Shown one piece after another: positions 1 to 13,200 of a stretch of 64,000 bases of DNA (positions are counted from its first letter, which is position 1; each line of letters opens with the position of its first letter). Origin of the DNA: Haliotis rufescens (Eukaryota); NCBI RefSeq assembly GCF_023055435.1, contig NW_025963802.1:26226001-26290000 (forward strand), in the 5' to 3' direction. The notes under the pieces were generated by a model. The model ran no database searches, had not been told where the DNA came from, and saw only the letters and a list, made by a program, of their open reading frames with translations. The position numbers and the translations under genes are program-made.

Positions 1-904
1 CACCATACATCACTCTGTCTACCTCACCTGACACCATACACCACTTCAAGTTTGACATCAGCCGGGTTGTTTGACACCATGTCCATGGGAACTTTTATGG
101 TACAATGACACAAGATATATGGAAATAAACATTATCAATAATGTTCATGTATTAATTCACTGCCTCAAGCATTTTCCATCAGTGAAAATTATTGTTTGAT
201 CATTCTGAAAATATCATTGAAGGTAAGCTTCAGTACTTAAGCAATACTGACATGAGTAATGGTTGTCTCCTATAGATTCAAACCTCTAAATGTATTCACA
301 AATAACCATACTTCAGTTGTGGAGTTGGTGGTGGTGAAAGGCCTGGTACATTTGTCTCTAAAGAAAAGATTTTTATGGACTTTTCTAAATATGAGTAGGG
401 CAATTCAAACATTGAAAAGTTACAGGGGCCCTACACATAGTTTAAGCAATACTGCCCTTGTGAAATTCATTGTAAGTAAGTCTGCTCTTGAAAGGGTATT
501 TAAGAATTGACTTTTACTTTGTGTGAGTTCATTGGAGTATGAAGCTTCATAGAGTGAGGGCCAAACTGTATGAACGTCAGATAGGGGTTCTGAAGGGTGG
601 GGTAAAAGGCACTCTGAAAATCCAATATGGCTGCCAAGCCATGTGTCCAATGACCAAAGTCGAAGAAAAGAAATGTCAAGCATCTAAACCAGCAGAAACA
701 TGTAAAATGTGACAGTTATGAGCCAAGCGGTTGTGAAGCAATGAGGCAGGTCTGCCCTCGGTCATTTGCAGTGTGGCCTTGGTTTTTTTGTGGTATATGG
801 TACTCAACAGTTAACACACACACAAAATGAGGACAGAATCTGACCACTGGTTATTGAGTTCTCTCTGGTACAAAATCCACAGAATAATATACTCTCCGAA
901 AAAG

Positions 905-1175
905 TAGGGGATATTCGATAATAACAGATGATAATAGAAAAACAAAGAGGTTTTGAGTGATGGTAATGGATGGATAAAGAAAAAGGAAGGACTAAGTAAC
1001 ATGACAATCAACAGAACATGTTGTATTGTAAGGGTGTAAACATCCACAAAAGACCAAAGGAGTGTGTAGTATAAAAATGAGCCTTTGAGATGACAATCTA
1101 TGATGGGTCATGTCCCAAAACATTTGTTTATATGTCTTGGTATGGTCTGAGTCGATCTCCCAATGACAATTTGAC
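905..1175 (-). mobile_element. Tc1/mariner 3'-end fragment, paralogous to 8585-8840
   Basis: Aligns by eye to 8585-8840 (e.g. TCTCCCAATGACAATT and AAACATCCAC are shared); that copy is the C-terminal end of a decayed Tc1 transposase. Confidence 0.65.
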
Positions 1176-1289
1176 AATTATATTACACTACAGTTTGAGC
1201 TCATGTGGCTGTGTTGTGGCCATTTTTTCCAAATAGCTGCCATGGGAGCCCTATAAAAAATTGAAAATATAATGACTGAGTTATGGCTG

Positions 1290-1450
1290 GGTAGCGGCGA
1301 TAAAATTTCCGAGTCCCGTGATGGGATTCGAACCACTGACCTTCTGATCAGAAGTCAAACGCCTTGTTCACATGACCAAAGAGGTTAACCCCGTCAGCAA
1401 GCTGACAAGGTAAGGATATCATCTGTGGGATGACTCCACGCCCTGCTACA
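1290..1450 (-). mobile_element. 161-bp solo-LTR-like element containing a tRNA-Arg(TCT)-like sequence
   Basis: Termini (G)GTAGC...GCTACA, flanked by a 4-bp direct repeat GCTG (1286-1289 and 1451-1454). The minus strand at ~1384-1314 has an anticodon arm TTTGA-CTTCTGA-TCAGA and a T-loop/B-box GGTTCGAATCC. Confidence 0.6.
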
Positions 1451-1479
1451 GCTGCAAGATATTTCAGCATCTATTATGG

Positions 1480-1817
1480 TCGAAATTCAAACGCCAAATC
1501 AAGGTCAAATGTTTCATTATAACAAAAAATGGTACACATGTCTTGAACCCCACTGCAAACTACATCTGTACCAAATTTCATTACATTTTGTACACAAATG
1601 GTAGAGAAAAGGCCATAACTAGGTTTGGCAATACTTTTCAATCTTTTTCAGATTTTCACCTCTTGAACAGATTGGTTAGAACAAGCATGTGAAGTTTCAG
1701 TTCACTAATCCAGTGGTTTCAGAGAGCAAGCTGTTTATGACAGACGACAGACGATGAACAACAGACAAACAGGCCACAAATTCAGCTCACTTGACTTTCA
1801 GTCAGATCAGCTAAAAA
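1480..1817 (-). mobile_element. Helentron-associated non-autonomous element (HINE/DINE-like), 5' portion
   Basis: The minus strand starts TTTTTAGCTGATCTGACTGAAAGTCAAGTGAGC (sub-terminal palindrome), followed by a degenerate GTCT/GTCG microsatellite and a GAAACTT/TGACCTTGA-type body. Confidence 0.55.
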
Positions 1818-2469
1818 TTGTCTCTTCCAAATTAAGCGTGCTTCTAAATGTATAAAATTTGACATCATCTGATTGAAAGACTAGACACTTGTTTGAAATA
1901 GGCATTTATTAGGAATTCCTAAATGCACAGCTAGATATGCACCCATTTATAAGTACCCATTTCTTCATGCTGCCATGTCACACTAGCAACAGTTGCCAGG
2001 AAGTGAGACAGGCTTCATGAGATGGCGCATCTGTAAGCTGGTAACTTGTTGTACAAGTATCCAAATCAATCCAAGTGCTACTCCACTGTATGACATCCAC
2101 TGATCTCAGTCCACCTGATGATGTCTAATTATACACCGATAATCTAATTTCTTACATAAAATGTACTTCCCTCCTAGAAGTACAAAATCTATTTATTTCA
2201 CAGATTTTTTTGGTAAACCCAGCAAAGTTATTATATTTGCAGTAAGTCAAGTGCATAGGTTTACATAGAAAAAAAATACTTCAATTATGTTTCTGTGTAT
2301 ATGAGGGACAGGTTGACAGCTCCATTTCCTCATCAGCAGATACCTTATCTTTCACTGCAGTGGTTGTATTAATTAAACAAGTGACCTGCAGTCATCTCAA
2401 GTACACTATTGACAAGGCAAGAAGGATCCAGAAGATGTAAACTCATCATCATCAATAATTGATTAGATT

Positions 2470-5400
2470 CCAGCTAGACAGTCTCACCTATCTGGTTGTG
2501 GCACCAGCTGCTATAACTAGTCAGCTAGACAGTTTCAACTATCTGGTTGTGGCACCAGCTGCTATAACTAGTCAGCTAGACAGTTTCACCTATCTGGTTG
2601 TGGCACCAGCTGCTATAACTAGTCAGCTAGACAGTTTCAACTATCTGGTTCTGGCACCAGTTACTATAATTAGTCTGCTGGACAGTTTCACCTGTCTGGT
2701 TGTGGCACCAGCTGATGTAATTAGTCTGCTGGACAGTTTCACCTGTCTGGTTGTGGCACCAGCTGCTATAATTAGTCTGCTGGACAGTTTCACCTGTCTG
2801 GTTGTGGCACCAGCTGCTATAATTAAGTCTGCTGGACAGTTTGACCTGTCTGGTTGTGGCACTAGCAACAATAATTAGTCTGCTGGACAGTTTCACCTGT
2901 CTGGTTGTGGCACCAGCTGCCATAATTAAGTCTGCTGGACAGTTTCACCTGTCTGGTTGTGGCACTAGCAACAATAATTAGTCTGCTGGACAGTTTCACC
3001 TGTCTGGTTGTGGCACCAGCTGCCATAATTAAGTCTGCTGGACAGTTTCACCTATCTGGTTGTGGCACCAGCTGCTGTAATTAGTCTGCTGGACAGTTTC
3101 ACCTGTCTGGTTTCGGCACCAGCTGCTATAATAAGTCAGCTAGACAGTTTCACCCATCTGGTTGTGGCACCAGCTGCTATAACTAGTCAGCTAGACAGTT
3201 TCAACTATCTGGTTCTGGCACCAGTTACTATAATTAGTCTGCTGGACAGTTTCACCTGTCTGGTTGTGGCACCAGCTGATGTAATTAAGTCTGCTGGACA
3301 GTTTCACCTGTCTGGTTGTGGCACCAGCTGCTGTAATTAGTCTGCTGGACAGTTTCACCTGTCTGGTTGTGGCACCAGCTGCTATAATTAAGTCCGCTGG
3401 ACAGTTTCACCTGTCTGGTTGTGGCACTAGCAACAATAATTAGTCTGCTGGACAGTTTCACCTGTCTGGTTGTGGCACCAGCTGCCATAATTAAGTCTGC
3501 TGGACAGTTTCACCTGTCTGGTTGTGGCACTAGCAACAATAATAAGTCTGCTGGACAGTTTCACCTGTCTGGTTGTGGCACCAGCTGCCATAATTAAGTC
3601 TGCTGGACAGTTTCACCCATCTGGTTGTGGCACCAGCTGCTGTAATTAGTCTGCTGGACAGTTTCACCCATCTGGTTGTGGCACCAGCTGCTGTAATTAG
3701 TCTGCTGGACAGTTTCACCCATCTGGTTGTGGCACCAGCTGCTGTAATTAGTCTGCTGGACAGTTTCACCTGTCTGGTTTCGGCACCAGCTGCTATAATA
3801 AGTCAGCTAGACAGTTTCACCCATCTGGTTGTGGTACCAGCTGCAATAATTAGTCCGCTGGACAGTTTCACCTGTCTGGTTGTGGCAACAGCTACTATAA
3901 TTGGTCTTCTGGACAGTTTCACCCATCTGGTTGTGGCACCAGCTGATGTAATTAGTCTGCTGGACAGTTTCACCTGTCTGGTTGTGGCACTAGCAACAAT
4001 TATTAGTCTGCTGGACAGTTTCAACTATCTGGTTGTGGCACCGGCTACTATAATTGGTCTGCTTGACAGTTTCACCCATCTGGTTGTTGCACCAGCTGCT
4101 GTAATTAGTCTGCTGGACAGTTTCACCTGTCTGGTTGTTGCACCAGCTGCTATAATTAGTCTGCTGGACAGTTTCACCTGTCTGGTTGTGGCACTAGCAA
4201 CAATAATTAGTCTGCTGGACAGTTTCACCGATCTGGTTGTGGCACCAGCTACTATAATTGGTATGCTGGACAGTTTCACCCATCTGGTTGTGGCACCAGC
4301 TGCTATAATTAGTCTGCTGGACAGTTTCACCTATCTGGTTGTGGCACCAGCTACTATAATTAGTCCGCTGGACAGTTTCACTTGTCTGGTTGTGGCACCA
4401 GCTGCTATAATTAGTCTGCTAGACAGTTTCACCTATCTGGTTGTGGCACCAGCTACTATAATTAGTCCGCTGGACAGTTTCACTTGTCTGGTTGTGGCAC
4501 CAGTTGCTATAATTAGTCTGCTAGACAGTTTCACCCATCTGGTTTTGGCATCAGCTACTATAATTAGTCCGCTGGACAGTTTCACTTGTCTGGTTGTGGC
4601 ACCAGCTTCTATAATTAGTCTGTTTGACAGTTTCACCTATCTGGTTGTGGCACCAGCTACTTTAGTTAGTCTGCTGGACAGTTTCACTTGTCTGGTTGTG
4701 GCACCAGCTGATGTAATTAGTCTGCTGGACAGTTTCACCCATCTGGTTGTGGCACCAGCTGCTATAATTAGTCTGCTGGACAGTTTCACTTGTCTGGTTG
4801 TGGCACCAGCTGATGTAATTAAGTCTGCTGGACAGTTTCACCTGTCTGGTTGTGGCACCAGCTGCTATAATTAGTCTGCTGGACAGTTTCACCTGTCTGG
4901 TTGTGGCACTAGCAACAATAATTAGTCTGCTGGACAGTTTCACCGATCTGGTTGTGGCACCAGCTGATGTAATTAAGTCTGCTGGACAGTTTCACCTGTC
5001 TGGTTGTGGCACCAGCTGCTATAATTAGTCTGCTGGACAGTTTCACCTGTCTGGTTGTGGCACCAGCTGCTATAATTAGTCTGCTGGACAGTTTCACCTG
5101 TCTGGTTGTGGCACCAGCTGCTATAATTAGTCTGCTGGACAGTTTCACCGATCTGGTTGTGGCACCAGCTACTATAATTGGTATGCTGGACAGTTTCACC
5201 TATCTGGTTGTGGCACCAGCTACTATAATTAGTCTGCTGGACAGTTTCACCCATCTGGTTGTGGCACCAGCTGCTATAATTAGTCTGCTAGACAGTTTCA
5301 CCCATCTGGTTGTGGCACCAGCTACTATAATTAGTCCGCTGGACAGTTTCACTTGTCTGGTTGTGGCACCAGTTGCTATAATTAGTCTGCTAGACAGTTT

Positions 5401-7716
5401 CACCCATCTGGTTTTGGCATCAGCTACTATAATTAGTCCGCTGGACAGTTTCACTTGTCTGGTTGTGGCACCAGCTTCTATAATTAGTCTGTTTGACAGT
5501 TTCACCTATCTGGTTGTGGCACCAGCTACTTTAGTTAGTCTGCTGGACAGTTTCACTTGTCTGGTTGTGGCACCAGCTGATGTAATTAGTCTGCTGGACA
5601 GTTTCACCCATCTGGTTGTGGCACCAGCTGCTATAATTAGTCTGCTGGACAGTTTCACTTGTCTGGTTGTGGCACCAGCTGATGTAATTAAGTCTGCTGG
5701 ACAGTTTCACCTGTCTGGTTGTGGCACCAGCTGATGTAATTAAGTCTGCTGGACAGTTTCACTTGTCTGGTTGTGGCACCAGCTGATGTAATTAGTCTGC
5801 TGGACAGTTTCACCCATCTTGTTGTGGCACCAGCTGCTATAATTAGTCTGCTAGACAGTTTCACCCATCTTGTTGTGGCACCAGCTGCTATAATTAGTCT
5901 GCTGGACAGTTTCACCTGTCTGGTTGTGGCACCAGCTACTATAATTAGTCTGCTAGACAGTTTCACCCATCTGGTTGTGGCACCAGCTGCTATAATTAGT
6001 CTGCTGGACAGTTTCACCCATCTGGTTGTGGCACCAGCTACTATAATTAGTCTGCTAGACAGTTTCACCCATCTGGTTGTGGCACCAGCTGCTGTAATTA
6101 GTCTGCTAGACAGTTTCACCCATCTTGTTGTGGCACCAGCTGCTATAATTAGTCTGCTAGACAGTTTCACCCATCTGGTTGTGGCACCAGCTGCTGTAAT
6201 TAGTCTGCTGGACAGTTTCACCTGTCTGGTTGTGGCACCAGCTGCTATAATTAGTCTGCTAGACAGTTTCACCCATCTTGTTGTGGCACCAGCTGCTGTA
6301 ATTAGTCTGCTAGACAGTTTCACCTGTCTGGTTGTGGCACCAGCTGCTATAATTAGTCTGCTGGACAGTTTCACCCATCTGGTTGTGGTACCAGCTGCTA
6401 TAATTAGTCTGCTGGACAGTTTCACCCATCTGGTTGTGGCACCAGCTGCTGTAATTAGTCTGCTAGACAGTTTCACCCATCTTGTTGTGGCACCAGCTGC
6501 TATAATTAGTCTGCTGGACAGTTTCACCTGTCTGGTTGTGGCACCAGCTACTATAATTAAGTCTGCTGGACAGTTTCACCGATCTGGTTGTGGCACCAGC
6601 TGCTATAATTAGTCTGCTGGACAGTTTCACCTGTCTGGTTGTGGCACCAGCTACTATAATTAAGTCTGCTGGACAGTTTCACCGATCTGGTTGTGGCACC
6701 AGCTGCTATAATTAGTCTGCTGGACAGTTTCACCTGTCTGGTTGTGGCACCAGCTACTATAATTAAGTCTGCTGGACAGTTTCACCGATCTGGTTGTGGC
6801 ACCAGCTGCTATAATTAGTCTTCTGGACAGTTTCACCTGTCTGGTTGTGGCACCAGCTGCTATAATTAGTCTTCTGGACAGTTTCACCCATCTGGTTGTG
6901 GCACCAGCTGCTGTAATTAGTCTGCTGGACAGTTTCACCTGTCTGGTTGTGGCACCAGCTGCTATAATTAGTCTGCTAGACAGTTTCACCCATCTTGTTG
7001 TGGCACCAGCTGCTGTAATTAGTCTGCTAGACAGTTTCACCTGTCTGGTTGTGGCACCAGCTGCTATAATTAGTCTGCTGGACAGTTTCACCCATCTGGT
7101 TGTGGTACCAGCTGCTATAATTAGTCTGCTGGACAGTTTCACCTGTCTGGTTGTGGCACCAGCTGCTATAATTAGTCTGCTGGACAGTTTCACCCATCTG
7201 GTTGTGGCACCGGCTACTATAATTAGTCTGCTGGACAGTTTCACCTGTCTGGTTGTGGCACCAGCTGCTATAATTAGTCTGCTGGACAGTTTCACCCATC
7301 TGGTTGTGGCACCAGCTGCTGTAATTAGTCTGCTAGACAGTTTCACCTGTCTGGTTGTGGCACCAGCTGCTATAATTAGTCTGCTAGACAGTTTCACCTG
7401 TCTGGTTGTGGCACCAGCTTCTATAATTAGTCTGCTGGACAGTTTCACCCATCTGGTTGTGGCACCAGCTGCTATAATTAGTCTGCTGGACAGTTTCACC
7501 TGTCTGGTTGTGGCACCAGCTGCTATAATTAGTCTGCTAGACAGTTTCACCTGTCTGGTTGTGGCACCAGCTTCTATAATTAGTCTGCTGGACAGTTTCA
7601 CCTGTCTGGTTGTGGCACCAGCTGCTATAATTAGTCTGCTGGACAGTTTCACCTGTCTGGTTGTGGCACCAGCTGCTATAATTACCCCCAGTAGTGTGCT
7701 GGACAGTTTCACCCAT
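2470..7716. repeat. 51-bp minisatellite, ~103 copies, in a FANK1 intron
   Basis: Unit CTGGACAGTTTCACCTGTCTGGTTGTGGCACCAGCTGCTATAATTAGTCTG is tandemly repeated, with occasional +1 A indels. Confidence 0.98.
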
Positions 7717-7718
7717 CA

Positions 7719-7827
7719 TGTATATATTCCGCCACTGACAATGTACATGCATGTATATATTTCCCCACTGACAATGTACACACATGTGTATATTCCCTCA
7801 CTTACATTGACAATACATACGTGTATT
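7719..7827. repeat. Degenerate tandem copies of the FANK1 exon 3' end and donor site
   Basis: GTATATATTTCCCCACTGAC (7753-7772) is identical to 8264-8283, and CATTGACAATACATACGTGTAT (7805-7826) is identical to 8246-8267. Confidence 0.85.
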
Positions 7828-8261
7828 TATCATATAATGGGTAGGTTTCTCGGCAGGATAAAACCAACGGATAAAAACGATATGCATTGGGGTCATATGC
7901 GGAGATGCAAATATCAAAGGTCAAGTAGGGACTCCTTTCAGTGTTTATAAACAAACGTGGTGTCGCCCTTGTCATTTGGCAATCAAGTCAGAATTAACCA
8001 TCGGGAATCTGGATAAACTACAGAGATAATTGCTATCATTATCAAATGAACAGTCTAATATACTTAAAATCAGTGTCTAACTGTGACATAGCTAAGGCAT
8101 TTTATAAGTTTTGGCAACTTTGGCTCTCTAAATACAATGTTTATTCCTAATGCAGGATATTTACCATCCCCAAACACACTCGCGTGATAACCTCTATATA
8201 TTTTCCCACTGACATTGTACACACATGAATATATTCCCTCACTGACATTGACAATACATAC

Positions 8262-8433
8262 GTGTATATATTTCCCCACTGACTGTGTCTGTCCAACTCC
8301 TGGATACAAGTGCGTATCTTGCCTCCCTGACCACGTCCAACCTCCACAGCAGCATCGTACGCATCATCCCAGTACAGCTCTATTGTGTGGTGAGTCACCT
8401 TCCCCACAACTGGCGGTGCTGGTTTAGACAGAA
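8262..8433 (-). CDS. FANK1: Fibronectin type III and ankyrin repeat domains protein 1, internal exon (N-terminal half of the FN3 domain)
   Basis: [22 protein letters not shown]...QWGNIYT matches the FANK1 N-terminus ([21 protein letters not shown]...YGIIYT). Acceptor GTTTCAG, donor GTATGT; 172 nt, phase 1 to phase 2. Confidence 0.9.
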
Positions 8434-8574
8434 CTGAAACACACATAGATGAAATATCTAACTGAAGATTCATAATATACATGATATATATGATAGTCAA
8501 AATAGATACCATATTCTTATTGTCAAACTAGCACTTTGATTTAGTTTTGTCCGGATTCAGGTGCTATACTTTCC

Positions 8575-9500
8575 CTAAACACGAGGGGATATTTGAAAAT
8601 AACAGACTGTTACAGAAATACAAAGAGGTATAGAGTGATGGCACTGGATGGATAAGCAAAAGAAAAGACTAGGTGTTGGAGAACATGGAAGCCATGTATT
8701 GTAAGAAGGCAAACATCCACCAAAGACGACAAGGGAGTGTAGTATGAAAATAAACGCTTGAGATGACCTTATCAATAATGGATTGTCACATTCATTTCTA
8801 CAATTAAACAGGTCCGAATCAATCTCCCAATGACAATTCGAGGGAATCTTGTCCATTCCTCTTGCAGCACCTGACCCAGTCTGGCTAAAGTAGCTGGTGG
8901 ATTTTGATACTGGCAGACACATTTCCCAAGACGTGCACAATGAGGGAAAGGTTTGAGGACTTATGGCTGGCCATTGCATTCTTGTGATGTTTTGCTGACA
9001 GTGGTAGCCAGTTACAATACGTGCATGCCTCATAACACTTCCATGCCTGTCCAGAAAATCCACAGTGAGTCTGGATACCATTGTCGATTCCCAAAGACTC
9101 TATGCTTTAAACACCATTGACGTATAGCTAGAATGTGTTGATTTGTTAACAGTTTAATAACATGTGGTTGCTGAGCATGCAAATAAGCTGCAAGTTGACA
9201 ATTTCTAATTGTTTGGTCAGTACTCCGAACTCCGGTGGCCTGGCACAAGTGAATGTCAGTTTGATTGGGTGTTTGGGCTTCATTTCTTAATGCCTCGTTT
9301 CTGATTAATTGATCCTTCAACTTGCATTGTGGACCTCAGGCGCACTTTGATATCATTAACATTTTGTGTCTGCAGAAACCTGTTCCAAAGTCTGCAAATC
9401 ACAGACTGAAACACATTAAACATATTGGCGACCTCTTGCTGAGTTCGACCAATTAGAAGCATGCCAATAGCCCTTACGCATTCATAAAAAATTCAACAAA
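8575..9500 (-). mobile_element. Decayed Tc1/mariner transposase pseudogene
   Basis: Fragments TQQEVANMFNVFQSVICRLWNRF (paired-like HTH), HARIVTGY..QQNITRMQWPAISP (Tc1 WPxxSPDL motif) and IVHVLG, broken by frameshifts. Confidence 0.85.
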
Positions 9501-10087
9501 ACTAATGGCTCAGAATGATTTGTGAACCTTTGACTGAATCGTCAAATTCAAGATTTACTCCCTACCCAAAGCACCTGTAAAGTAAGTTTCTTGTCTGCAT
9601 CATTGAGAACTCCGGCATCAAGTATTTTCAAAGTTTAAAAACATCCCATGCCTAACACCATTCAAACATGAAGGGCGCCATGTTCTCATAACCATAGCAA
9701 GGCTCCTTGCTATTGGTCATATCACTATGTACATAATCATTACATCTCTCTTATTTTGATATAAAATGTAATGTCTCTGTTGAGATGATCACAGTTGATT
9801 GCATCACATGATTATGGAGAGAACTTTGTTGATATAATGAGTAGCCTGTAGTACATATCTGTGATTGTCAGCTCCATTGGTATGGCTGTTGTAACTAGAC
9901 GGGAACAAAGTTCTTTGGCACTCAGGAGTCATGTTGAATTCAAATTTTTGTACCTTAACAGAGTACGACAAACTATATAAAGCTGCACTGAACACTGCGC
10001 AGTAATCAACTTAACGTTTTTTACAGTTCATGTGGACACCTTGCAACTGTAAATAATAACTAGAAGTTTATGAGTCTCACAGACATT

Positions 10088-10200
10088 ATATCTTGATGGC
10101 TTGAAAACTGGTCTGCCACTGGCAGTGTATGCCTTGGGTTGTCTTTCGGTCTTCATGTTGACATCAGCATGGTCTGTTGTGTTTATTCTGTTGTTGTTGT
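10088..10200 (-). mobile_element. Possible Gypsy-type pol C-terminal remnant
   Basis: The minus strand translates as ...KAYTASGRPVFKPSRY, resembling the TRSGRxxKPPxRY motif at the end of Gypsy integrases. The match is short. Confidence 0.35.
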
Positions 10201-10211
10201 GTTTTTGAGCT

Positions 10212-13200
10212 CATTTAGTGGTGAGCAGCTCAACTACTGGATGAGTAGATGCACGTTTGTGGTGCGCAGCTCAACTACTGGATGAGTAGATGCACATTAG
10301 TGGTGAGCAGCCCAACTACTGGATGAGTAGATATACTTTAGCGGTGAGCAGCTCAAATACTGGATGAGTAGATATACCTTAGTGGTGTGCAGCTCAACAA
10401 ATGGATGAGTAGATATACTTTAGAGGTGAGCAGCTCAACTACTGGATAAGTAGATGCACTTCAGTTGTAAGCAGCTCAACTCTTAGATGAGTAAATATAC
10501 TTCAGTGGTGAGCAGATAAACTACTGGATGAGTAGATCACCTTATTGGTAAGCAGCTCAATTACTGGATGAGTATATATACTTTAGTGGTGAGCAGCCCA
10601 ACTACTGGATGAGGAGATGTGCATAAGTGGTGTGCAGCTCAACTACTGGATGAGGAGATGTGCATAAGTGGTGTGCAGCTCAACAAATGGATGAGTAGAT
10701 ATACTTTAGTGGTGAGCAGCTCAACTACTGGATGAGGAGATGTGCATAAGTGGTGTACAGCTCAACTACTGGGTGAGGAGATGTGCATAAGTGGTGTGCA
10801 GCTCAACTACTGGATGAGGAGATGTGCATAAGTGGTGTGCAGCTCAACAAATGGATGGGGAGATGTGCATAAATGGTGTGCAGCTCAACTACTGGATGAG
10901 TAGATATACTTTAGTGGTGAGCAGCTCAACTACAGGATGAGTAGATGCACTTTTGTGGTGTGCAGCTCAACTACTGGTTGAGTAGATATACTTTAGTGGT
11001 GAGCAGCCCAACTACTGGATGAGGAGATGTGCATAAATGGTGTGCAGCTCAACTACTGGATGAGTAGATATACTTTAGTGGTGAGCAGCTCAACTACAGG
11101 ATGAGTAGATGCACTTTTGTGGTGTGCAGCTCAACTACTGGTTGAGTAGATATACTTTAGTGGTGAGCAGCTTAACTACTGGATGAGTAGATGCACTTTA
11201 GCGGTGAGCAGCTCAACTACTGGATGAGTAAATGCACATTAGTGGTGAACAGCTCCACTACTGGATGGGTAGATGCACTTTTGTGGTGTGCAGCTAAACT
11301 ACTGGATGAGTAGATGCACGTTTGTGGTGTGCAGCTCAACTACAGGATGAGTAGATGCACTTTTGTGGTGTGCAGCTCAACTACTGGATGAGTAGATGCA
11401 CGTTTGTGGTGAGCAGCTCAACTACTGGATGAGTAGATGCACTTTTGTGGTGAACAGCTCAACTACTGGATGAGTAGATGTACTTCAGTGGTGAGCAGCT
11501 CAAATACTGGATGAGTAGATGCACGTTTGTGGAGCGCAGCTCAACTACTGGATGAGTAGATGCACTTCAGTGTCTAGCAGCACAACTACTGGATGAGTAG
11601 ATGCACTTTTGTGGTGAGCAGCTCAACTACTGGATGAGTAGATGCACGTTTGTGGTGTGCAGCTCAACTACTGGATGAGTAGATATACTTTAGCTGTGAG
11701 CAGCTCAACTACTGGATGAGTAGATGCACTTCAGTGGTGAGCAGCTCAACTACTGGATGAGTAGATGCACTTCAGTGTCTAGCAGCACAACTACTGGATG
11801 AGTAGATGTACTTTTGTGGTGAGCAGCTCAACTACTGGATGAGTAGATGCACGTTTGTGGTGTGCAGCTCAACTACTGGATGAGTAGATATACTTTAGCT
11901 GTGAGCAGCTCAACTACTGGATGAGTAGATGCACTTCAGTGGTGAGCAGCTCAACTACTGGATGAGTAGATGCACTTTTGTGGTGAGCAGCTCAACTACT
12001 GGATGAGTAGATGCACGTTTGTGGTGTGCAGCTCAACTACTGGATGAGAAGATATACTTTAGCTGTGAGCAGCTCAACTACTGGATGAGTAGATGCACTT
12101 CAGTGGTGAGCACCTCAACTACTGGATGAGTAGATGCACTTCAGTGTCTAGCAGCACAACTACTGGATGAGTAGATGTACTTTAGCGGTGAGCAGCTCAA
12201 CTACAGGATGAGTAGATGCACTTTTGTGGTGTGCAGCTCAACTACTGGATGAGTAGATATACTTTGGCTGTGAGCAGCTCAACTACTGGATGAGTAGATG
12301 CACGTTTGTTGTGTGCAGCAAAAACTACTGGATGAGTAGATGCACGTTTGTGGTGTGCAGCTCAACTACTGGATGAGTAGATATACTTTAGCTGTGAGCA
12401 GCTCAACTACTGGATGAGTAGATGCACTTCAGTGGTGAGCAGCTCAACTACTGGATGAGTAGATGCACTTCAGTGTCTAGCGGCACAACTACTGGATGAG
12501 TAGATGCACTTCAGTGTCTAGCAGCACAACTACTGGATGAGTAGATGCACTTTTGTGGTGAGCAGCTCAACTACTGGATGAGTAGATGCACGTTTGTGGT
12601 GTGCAGCTCAACTACTGGATGAGTAGATATACTTTAGCTGTGAGCAGCTCAACTACTGGATGAGTAGATGCACTTCAGTGGTGAGCAGCTCAACTACTGG
12701 ATGAGTAGATGCACTTCAGTGTCTAGCAGCACAACTACTGGATGAGTAGATGTACTTTAGCGGTGAGCAGCTCAACTACAGGATGAGTAGATGCACTTTT
12801 GTGGTGTGCAGCTCAACTACTGGATGAGTAGATATACTTTGGCTGTGAGCAGCTCAACAAATGGATGAGTAGATATACTTTAGCTGTGAGCAGCTCAACT
12901 ACTGGATGAGTAGATGCACTTCAGTGGTGAGCAGCTCAACTACTGGATGAGTAGAGCAGCTCAACTACTGGATGAGTAGATGCACGTTTGTGGTGTGCAG
13001 CTCAACTACTGGATGAGTAGATATACTTTAGCTGTGAGCAGCTCAACTACTGGATGAGTAGATGCACTTCAGTGGTGAGCAGCTCAACTACTGGATGAGT
13101 AGATGCACTTCAGTGTCTAGCAGCACAACTACTGGATGAGTAGATGTACTTTAGCGGTGAGCAGCTCAACTACTGGATGAGTAGATGCACGTTTGTGGTG

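Noticed and set aside
1314-1385. Functional tRNA-Arg gene
   Set aside because: The acceptor stem and D-arm pair poorly, and the sequence is embedded in a TSD-flanked element.
1-2460. Further FANK1 exons (second half of FN3, ankyrin repeats)
   Set aside because: No GY..GLEP..Y.FRL or ankyrin-like translation with splice sites could be found by eye; they probably lie left of the window.
2459-7950. Long ORFs (up to 415 aa) on both strands as a repeat protein
   Set aside because: They arise from a 51-bp unit, mostly start at GTG or other non-ATG codons, tolerate frameshifting indels and lie in a FANK1 intron.
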